A stretch of 64,000 nucleotides of DNA, from the NCBI GenBank assembly GCA_951406725.2, contig OX597832.1, forward strand, positions 70,866,001 to 70,930,000, given 5' to 3'. The DNA is from Octopus vulgaris. Its lineage: Eukaryota. Positions within the stretch are counted from its first letter, which is position 1; every line of letters begins with the position of its first letter. Made by a program: the position numbers and the translations under genes. The notes under the pieces were generated by a model. The model made no database searches. It was not told the DNA's origin and worked only from the letters and a program-made list of their open reading frames with translations. Positions 55,290 to 64,000 of the stretch are shown here, in pieces.

Positions 55290-55873
55290 AGTGAAACCAA
55301 GTAGCAACACCAAATGGCGGTGCCCCAGCATGGCCACAGCTCATAAGCTGAAACTAGAATCAATCAATCAATCAATCAATCAATCATACACACATGTGAG
55401 TGTATCGAGAGAGAAAGAGAAGAAAGGAGATATATATGTGTGTGTGTGTTTATGTATGTTTATATATATATATATAATCACAGAGAACAAGTAAAGCGTA
55501 TGGGTTGAAGGAAAGCGCAAACATTAATGCAAGTCTCCCTTCGTTAACTGTTGTTTGAATGAGATTAATGATTCGGAACACTTATCAGCAACATCGCTCG
55601 CATCTTTGTGTCAGGAGATTAATAACAAATGATTTTGGGAAATACGATGGAAAAAACTGGAGAATAGAAAGGAATTGGGAGGAGATACCGACACATTTTG
55701 TTTATAGTATCACGTGAGTGAACGAAAATATACAAACATATACAGAAAAGTACAATAATTTTAGTTACGACAAGTAACTGGAGGTCTTTCAGCAGAAGTA
55801 AGCAGTATTATTCAAACGACGCTAAAAAGAAAAACAGTTAAAGATGTAATTGTTCGGAGTTGGGTCACTGGAC

Positions 55874-55911
<38 letters not shown>

Positions 55912-55918
<7 letters not shown>

Positions 55919-56110
55919 CCGTTCTGTCTGTCTGTATGTCTTCTAAGATCTCGGGCATCCTCCATCCGATTGCTCTCAAATTTGATATGTAGATACTGAC
56001 GGTACCAGGGCGTGTATAAGTCTTGAAAAATTACAAAAATCGATTCCAGGTGAGAATGCGATCCATAAATCCCTGGGAACATGCATTTGTGCGCGCAAGT
56101 ACATAGTTCC
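55912..56110 (+). mobile_element. Helitron-like 5' end
   Basis: TATATAAT followed by (GTCT)n and CCGATTGCTCTCAAATTTG, a common non-autonomous Helitron 5' pattern. Confidence 0.4.
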
Positions 56111-56717
56111 CTAGGTTGTTGCTTTTCATCAAAAATCGCCTCAAGTTGATTTCCTACATGTTTTTTCGGATAAACTTATTATTCTCCCAGGTATGTTCTC
56201 ATAAATTCATCATGCTTTTCCATCTAGATTTACCTCAAGCTATCCCATTTGCATGCATCGTTTTTCTCCTGCTTTTCATCCGTCGACCTGTACATAACTG
56301 CACCTTCAATTTTTTGTTGTTTTTGTACTGCTTAAAGGCACGTTTCTTTCCTTTCAAGCTTACTGTTTAAACCATGTTTGTGTTCTCCCAATCAACAGCC
56401 TTATTATTACTGGTACTTTAAACTCTTCGGTTGCATATTTGTGCGAATAAAATCAATTTTTCTTTGGAATAGCAAAAAAGTCTATCTTTATTTCTTCTTT
56501 TGCTGGTGTCTCAAATTTAGGCTAAATACTTACATATACGTACCATTTAAGGTGTTTTAGAGTTAGATTCTGGCTGCTATTTTCAGCATGGTGGTATCTC
56601 GTAGATACCTAAATTATAATTTTAATAATAAATATTACCTTTGAATGTTTTTATTTCCATGGTGGCCGCTTGATAGGATCGTTATTTAATTTAAATTAAA
56701 GATCTTATCCTTATATA

Positions 56718-56889
56718 GGCGCAGGAGTGGCTGTGTAGTAAGTAGCTTGCTAGCCAACCACATGGTTCCGGGTTCAGTCCCACTGCGTGGCATCTTGGGC
56801 AAGTGTCTTCTGCTATAGCCCCGGGCCGACCAATGCCTTGTGAGTGGATTTGGTAGACAGAAACTGAAAGAAGCCTGTCGCATATATGA

Positions 56890-56925
<36 letters not shown>

Positions 56926-57146
56926 TTGTATGTCTGTGTTTGTCCCCCTAGCATTGCTTGACAACCGATGCTGGTGTGTTTACGTCCCCGTCACTTAGCG
57001 GTTCGGCAAGAGAGACCGATAGAATAAGTACTGGGCTTACAAAGAATAAGTCCCGGGGTCGATTTGCTCGACTAAAGGCGGTGCTCCAGCATGGCCGCAG
57101 TCAATTGACTGAAACAAGTAAAAAGAGTAAAAAGAGTAAAAAGGAG

Positions 57147-57147
<1 letters not shown>
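56718..57147 (+). mobile_element. tRNA-derived SINE (family 2) with internal microsatellite and LINE-like tail
   Basis: GGAGTGGCTGTGTAGT A-box, GGTTCAGTCCC B-box, TCTTGGGCAAGT CORE-like motif, (AAAGAGTA)n tail. Second copy at 62947. Confidence 0.9.
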
Positions 57148-57182
<35 letters not shown>

Positions 57183-57385
57183 TAGAGAAAAACCACTATT
57201 ATGTAATTCAAACAATGATAGACATAAACCAAATCATAAAAATTTTTTTTTAAACATATAACTAGATCGCAAAACTATACTTTTTGTGATCTAGTTATAT
57301 GTTTTAAAAAAATATTTTTTATTTCTAATTATGAATTGGTTTATGTCTATCATTGTTTCAATTGCATAATAGTGGTTTTTATCTA
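57183..57385. repeat. Foldback inverted repeat (~95-bp arms)
   Basis: 57183-57274 pairs with 57282-57385. Confidence 0.85.
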
Positions 57386-57472
57386 ATTTATATATTATAT
57401 ATTCATATTGAGAAATCTGATTTAATACTAAATTGAATTTGTCCCTGTAAGTTTGGAGTTATACTGTCTAAT

Positions 57473-58562
57473 ATTATTATTATTATTATTATTACTTTTT
57501 TTTTTCTTCTTTCAAATTTGCTTCCATTTCTTGCCGAGTGTCTTCCCGACTCCTAGGGCAAAGAAACTCATAGTATACATTGGTAGGCCATTAAACCAAA
57601 CTCAGTAGTTCGTTCATTTTAAAATACATGAGCAGCAACAGTTCTCACATCGACAATGCTCTTCTCAATACGTGTGATGTACCAGTTAAGACAATCTTTT
57701 GCACTTCTTGCAGGGATGGTAAGCCAGGGATCATTCTCATATAATTTTCGGTTCCCTTCTTAATCATTCCTAGTGCTCCTACGATCACTGGTATTGTAAC
57801 CGCCTTGAGATGCCACATTTTCTCAATTTCAATGAGTAGGTCTTTATATTTTCTGAGCTTGTCAAACTCTTTCGCTGAGATATTATGATCACAGGGGATG
57901 CTCATGTCGATCAATAAGCAAACTTTATTGTTTTGGTCTTTCACAACAATATCTGGTTTATCGGCCTTGATGGTTCGGTCTGTATGTACTGGAAAGTCCC
58001 ACAGAATGGTTACATTTTCTCCTTCAGTTACAGCCTCAGGGTGGTGATTATACCACTTGTCGGCAGTTTTGATATTGTAATGCCGACTTATTAGCCAGTG
58101 TAGATATTGGCCAACTCTGTCATGTCTTAATTTATACTCCACTGGTGCTAAGACTTTACATCCAGAGATTAGGTGGTCCACTGTTTCAATCATGTCGTTG
58201 CAGAATCGGCATTTTGGGTCTGCTCCATTTTTCATCACATTGGCCTGGTAGTTCCGGGTTAATAGGCTTTGATCTTGAGCAGCCAGGATGAAACCTTCGC
58301 TCTCTGCTTTTAGCCCTGAGCTCCGTAGCCACTGATGGGTTTGCTTCTGGTCAACATCAGCTTGTTTGCTGCGGGTCACATATTTGCCGTGCAGAGGTTT
58401 CTCCTCCCACCTATCAGCCAATTGCTCGTGCGCTTTCTTCATTGCCATCATTTTCACCTTCTTTGCAACAATAGTTGCCGTACTTCCCTCGGGTTGTTCA
58501 GTTTGGGTATCCTGCACGAGATCAATAGCAAATTTTTTGCTTTCCTTTATGATAGAATTATT

Positions 58563-58565
<3 letters not shown>
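57473..58565 (-). mobile_element. R4/Dong-like retrotransposon 3' part with open RLE domain and (TAA)n tail
   Basis: WEEKPLHGKY, AAQDQSL, CRFC..ETVDHLISGC, KPDIVVKD..LLIDMSIP..KEFDKLRKY. Confidence 0.92.
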
Positions 58566-58625
<60 letters not shown>

Positions 58626-58730
58626 ATATACAGGGACACTCACACACACGCACACACAAAGTGACAGACTTACAGGCAGACAGAGACATGGAGATAAATA
58701 ATGGAAAATGCAGTGAATGACATTTCTTAT

Positions 58731-58865
58731 TTCAAATCACTACAATTGTTTGCACACATCGGCACACCCGTATTACTTTGATGAGACGATAAACTTAATA
58801 TATTGCATAAGACTCGTGAGCCATCAAAGGTGTATAATGTGTTTCTTCAGGTGAGTGTTTTGAAT
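58731..58865 (-). ncRNA. Hammerhead motif with long stem II (G12C, likely inactive)
   Basis: Minus strand: TTCAAA..TCAC-CTGAAGA-A-ACACAT...ATGTGT-G-CAAA-CAATTG-TA-GTGA-TTTGAA. Confidence 0.7.
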
Positions 58866-59043
58866 AAGTTCTTCGTTAGATTCTATTGCCGTTTCACTCT
58901 TTCAAAGAATGAATAATCAAAGCAGTGTGCTATTTTTAGCAACTTACAAACAAAACTAAACCCTCAAATATAAGTGACAGACACAAGTATAACCCAAATA
59001 TAAAATATATACATACATATATGTATAAATACATACATATATA

Positions 59044-59616
59044 TTTACTTGTGAATTAAGGCTACCATTGGTTTCATGTTAAGGAGAGTGGGAAAATATC
59101 CAAGTATCTTAACAATTTTCAAGCCGATGACATGGAGAAAGGTGTTCGACTCCATTTTGGAAAACAATCTCGTTTCGTTCACGAGATTTCTTGTAAATTC
59201 TCGAGAATGAAACAATGAATCAAGGGACACAACTCTGATAGACTTTTTTTTATTGTTTGTCTCCCTTGGAATTTCTTTTCAGTAAATTTCTCAATGTTTA
59301 TGATCTTTTTCTGGGCATTATGTTTTATACTTGTATGCTGGCGCTTATTTCTTCTTTGTGTGGAGCTTGTGACATTTCTTCTTTCTTGTATGCAGTTTGT
59401 GTGCCATGTGCCTTCTAGAGTAGCATCCCTTGATTCATTTTTCATTGTTTCATTCTCGCGAATTTACGAGACATCCTCTGAATAAAACGAGATTGTTTTC
59501 CTGAATAGAGGCGAACACTTTTCTCCTTGTGATCGGCTTCAAAATTGTTAAGATACTTGGATATTCTCCCACTCTTCTTAGCATGAAACCAATGGTAGCC
59601 TTAAACCATAAATAAA
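59044..59616. repeat. Large imperfect inverted repeat (~180-bp arms, ~190-bp spacer)
   Basis: 59056-59230 is the approximate reverse complement of 59421-59604. Confidence 0.85.
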
Positions 59617-59678
59617 GAATATATTTATTTAGCAATGCGGTGCTGAGCACTCATTCCAATGTTTTACATTTACACGCG

Positions 59679-59731
<53 letters not shown>

Positions 59732-59739
59732 ACATATAT

Positions 59740-59786
<47 letters not shown>

Positions 59787-60563
59787 TATATATATATATT
59801 ATGTGTATGTATATATATGTGTGTATGTATATATCTGTACGTATATACATATCTACCTATGTATACACGTATGTGCGCGTGTGTGTACATCCATTCATTC
59901 ATTCATACATACATACCTACATACATACATACATACATACATGCATACATACATACATACATACATACATTTCCGTGAAAACATTTTTTTGATATTGAGA
60001 ACACGTCAGTCTTTTTGCTTTGTCTTTTTTTACTCTTTTTTTTATATTTGATCGAGTATGTTTCTGGAACATTTTTTTAAAACTATTTTTGTCCTATTTT
60101 CCCTGCGTATTCTTGCCTCAACACAGGACAACGCTGCTCCCAACAAAACTCTGAATGACTCGGGAGAATATCTGAAGAGAGAAATAAAACTAAATAAAGA
60201 AGAAAGATAAGACGCTTGGCATATTTGCAGTGATATATACAGGAAGAGAGACAGAAAGACAGACAGACAGACAGAGGGAGAGAGTGTGTGTGGGTAATCG
60301 TGTGTAATCGTTATCATCGATTAGTCTAGTCTATTGATTGTTATTGATTTTATCGATCTAGAAAAGATGAATGAAAGTAAACATCAGGAAAATAATACAA
60401 GCGGGAATTTTAGCGATTTCAGCGATTTTCTCGTCTATTTTCGCCGCGGGATGGCATATATACTTACATACACGCATCCGCGTACGCGCACGCACATACT
60501 CACATACACATACATACGTGTATGTATTTATGTGCACACACACATTCATATATATTCACATAC

Positions 60564-60594
<31 letters not shown>

Positions 60595-61194
60595 TGTATG
60601 TATGTATGTATGTATGTATGTCGGTGGTTTAGCAGAAGAAAGAGGAGACATGCGCAGACGGGCAGCTCTTGGTCTTCTGCAGCAATATATTGCACAATCT
60701 GCATCTTTTATGGAACTTTCCAGACATGGATCTATTGGACCCAGATATGAAGTGTTGTTTTTATTATTCTGTCCCAGGATTGTGTTGCTACTTCATTCTG
60801 TTGCACTGATGGGGTAGCGGGGGAGAGACAGCTGTATTCTTTACCGTGAATAGATGATGTCAGCTCCTTCCTTGGAAAGTTATAAAAGCTGAATGAGCTA
60901 ATGGCTTGTAGTGCTTCTGGATGGCAACTAAAAGTCGTTAGAATAACTTAATCCAGTGATCTGTTCAGCTCACAGCTTGGTCATGGGCCTGCAGTTTGGC
61001 AGAATCATTTTGGCAGTAATTCGATATTCCTTTCTATCGTTTAACGATGGGTGGGGTGTCCCATGGCAAAACACTGAGAAACCAGTATTGCAAAGTTATC
61101 TAACTGTAGTTTTTACTCCGAATGACTCAGAGTTTTGCCCTTCCAGAAAAGGAGCGGAAGGAGTTTGAAGAATTTAAGCAGCCACCCAATGGAA

Positions 61195-61405
61195 TAATCT
61201 TTTCTACTATAGGCACAGGGCCTGAAATTTGGGGGAGGAGTCTAGTCGATTATATCGACCCCAGTGTTTCATGGGTACTTAATTTATCGACCCCGAAAGG
61301 ATGAAAGGCAAAGTCGACCTCAGTGGAACTCTGAAGGGAGCGACAGGCGAAATACTGCTAAGCATTTCGTCCAGCGTGCTAACGATTCTGCAAGTTCGCC
61401 GCCTT
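61195..61405 (-). mobile_element. tRNA-derived SINE (family 1)
   Basis: Homologous to 13370-13603 in head and central domain. Confidence 0.85.
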
Positions 61406-61945
61406 AGTGCGATGGAATAATAGAAATAGAAAGTCCTTATTGCACTATATAAATTGTGTGTGTGCGCACAACTCAATTCCTGGCATTTGTTCCCCCCACC
61501 CCACCTCTTTTTTTTCAGGATACAAAGGATTGATAGAATCTCGAAGCGAAAATCCTGCAACTGCTTACATTTACCATTGTTTCTTCACTGTACCAAAGAT
61601 AGACTCTATCTCACACCAAACAGCGCTGTTCTGTTTTTTAGAGTGCATCATGAAAGATTGATCAGAGATAGGCTGAGAATGCTGTGCATCAGATTTTGCA
61701 GTTTGTTGATTGTTAAATTTCTCCCCAGAATAGTCTTGACGTTGGAGATTTTGATTTTTCAATGGTTTTCACCTTGAATTCGCTGGTTTAAACAGCAGAA
61801 TTCTTGAAAATATACTGACTGTGGCACTTATTCACATATATTTACAGACATAGGGAGACAGACAGACAGGTAGTTAATTAGATACATAAACGCATGCGTA
61901 CACCCATTCAGACACAGACAGGCATTAAAACAAACAGAAATACTT

Positions 61946-61998
<53 letters not shown>

Positions 61999-62339
61999 CA
62001 TACATACATACACAAAGTCTCCATCTAAGATTATCTAAGTGAATAGATGCACATACTTTGGTGGGTGCATCGACAGATCAAGCAACGCACTAAGTCAATC
62101 TCGTGTTTAGAAACACCAGGAACTCTCTTAATTCAAAAAGCCTTCTCGCTTTAGTGACAGGCTTGGACTCTCTTAAGAAGGACCTAAATAAACCTCAAAG
62201 GAAAACATATATACTACATATATACATTCATAGATACTTAGATATACATACACACAGACACACTCTCACATACACATACACCCACACCCACATACAACAT
62301 ACAAACGCATGCACATACACACACAGATATATATGTGTT

Positions 62340-62371
<32 letters not shown>

Positions 62372-62379
62372 TATATGAT

Positions 62380-62750
62380 AAAGATTTAGTTGAATTAAGT
62401 ACCTCAGTTGAGGCACCAAGTCAGTCCGGTATTATCCGCACAGATCGAAGTAAGGTGAATAAAAAGCAAATATATAACAAGGATGTTCAGGTATTAGTGC
62501 ACTACGGCCGCTTCAATTGATGTAATGCAAGCATTACATCAATTTGAAATACACCGCCTTCCTCGGATGCACAAGACCATATAGGTCTTGCTAAAAGTTT
62601 ATAATGGAGTATCCTGTATGTTGAAAACCTATAAGTTCTTAGGCGGTGTATTTCAAATTAATGCAATGCTTGCATTGAACGATTAAATGGAGCCGCCTGA
62701 AACGGCCGTAATGCACTAATACCTGGATATCCTTGTTATTTATTTGCTTT
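62380..62750. mobile_element. PLE pLTR-like inverted repeat carrying two opposed hammerhead copies
   Basis: Arms 62463-62560 and 62641-62750. Minus: TGCAT-CCGAGGA-AGGCGG..GAAG-CGGCCG-TA-GTGCA. Plus: AGGCGG..CCGCCT-GAAA-CGGCCG-TA-ATGCA. Confidence 0.7.
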
Positions 62751-62753
62751 ATC

Positions 62754-62870
<117 letters not shown>

Positions 62871-62946
62871 ACAGAGAGGTCTTGATATATCAAAATAGAA
62901 AGGACACAGGCGCATATAAAAATAAAAATCTACGCACACAAACATA

Positions 62947-63358
62947 GGCGCAGGAGTGGCTGTGTCGTAAGTAGCTTGCTAACCAGCCACATGGTTCCGG
63001 GTTCAGTCCCACTGCGTGGCATCTTGGGCAAGTGTCTTCTGCTATAGCCCCGGGCCGACCAATGCCTTGTGAGTGGATTTGGTAGACGGAAACTGAAAGA
63101 AGCCTGTCGTATATATGTATATATATATATATAAATGTGTGTGTGTGTGTTTGTCCCCCTAGCATTGCTTGACAACCGATGCTGGTGTGTTTCTGTCCCC
63201 GTTACTTGGCGGTTCGGCGAAGGAGACCGATAGAATAAGTACTGGGTTAACAAAAGAATAAGTCCCGGGGTCGAGTTGCTCGATTAAAGGCGGTGCTCCA
63301 GCATGGCCGCAGTCAAATGACTGAAACAAGTAAAAGAGAAAAGAGAGTAAAAAGAGTA
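62947..63358 (+). mobile_element. tRNA-derived SINE (family 2)
   Basis: Near-identical to 56718-57147. Confidence 0.9.
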
Positions 63359-63420
63359 TTCATTCAGGCATAAAAAGATAGACAGACACACACACACATA
63401 CACACACACACACACACACA

Positions 63421-63472
<52 letters not shown>

Positions 63473-64000
63473 TACATTGGAGCATTCCAACATGTGGACC
63501 TACACACACAACTGTTTAAACAAATAAACAAAATACACAAAGGAATGTTAAGTACACACCTACACACAGAGACAAACACATGAACAAAATGAAGTACAGT
63601 AAAGATATTCGCTAGACAAATACAGAAATATAGTATGGCGTAAGTTACTGTTTGAAAGTATCTCATGAGACACAAGCGAAGATATCGACCTATGTAATGA
63701 AAGACTAAACATAGTCAATAACATTGTGCTCCAGTTATTGCTTCGCTCTCCATAACGCGCAAGATAAAACAGAGATATGGAAAGTAAACTCTTCTAATGA
63801 TATTTAACTATTAAATAAATATGAATAAATAAAGGGGTAAAAGTTGGTGAAGGGAGAGGAGAGAAGGCAAGTGAGAAAGTAAATGTATACTAGTAAAGTG
63901 TCTAGTGAGAGTCGTGAGGAAAAGGAGAGCAGAGACGATGAGAGGGAGCATTCAAACGGTAGAAAAGATGAAGAAGAGAAGATGTCAGAAATAATAAAAA

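Larger units (their letters stand above)
51120..55386 (+). mobile_element. Near full-length CR1-like LINE
   Basis: Internally repetitive 5' UTR, ORF1, APE-RT ORF2, 3' hairpin and (AATC)n tail. Confidence 0.95.

Noticed and set aside
57645-58655. 336-aa ORF as a host gene
   Set aside because: It is a Dong-like RLE C-terminus fused by chance to a microsatellite start.

Overview
AT-rich, microsatellite-dense, non-genic eukaryotic DNA. The SINE types and repeat landscape suggest an Octopus (cephalopod) genome; this is an inference. No host protein-coding exon is supported, and almost all short ORFs in the track are microsatellite translations. The window is a transposon graveyard: three copies of a CR1-like LINE (one near full length, with an unusual Myb/SANT-like + CCCH ORF1), four R4/Dong-like RLE elements ending in (TAA)n, a Hero-clade R2-like element, a decayed Gypsy element, two mariners, Helitron-like elements, L1/Tx1, RTE and Penelope-like (PLE) remnants, and two tRNA-derived SINE families. 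The main hidden signal is RNA structure. About a dozen distinct minimal type I hammerhead-ribozyme-like motifs occur on both strands (CUGANGA or a core variant ... GAAA, mostly palindromic stem III, NUH site). Several have very long stem II inserts, several sit in non-coding PLE pLTR/retrozyme-like units with inverted or palindromic ends, and one lies in a 485-nt circularly permuted unit. The most unusual is a hammerhead-like motif at a head-to-tail junction of the Hero element (16386-16497). Its three core strands occur in an order that is not type I, II or III, which implies a pseudoknotted topology. All structures were deduced by eye and no activity has been tested.
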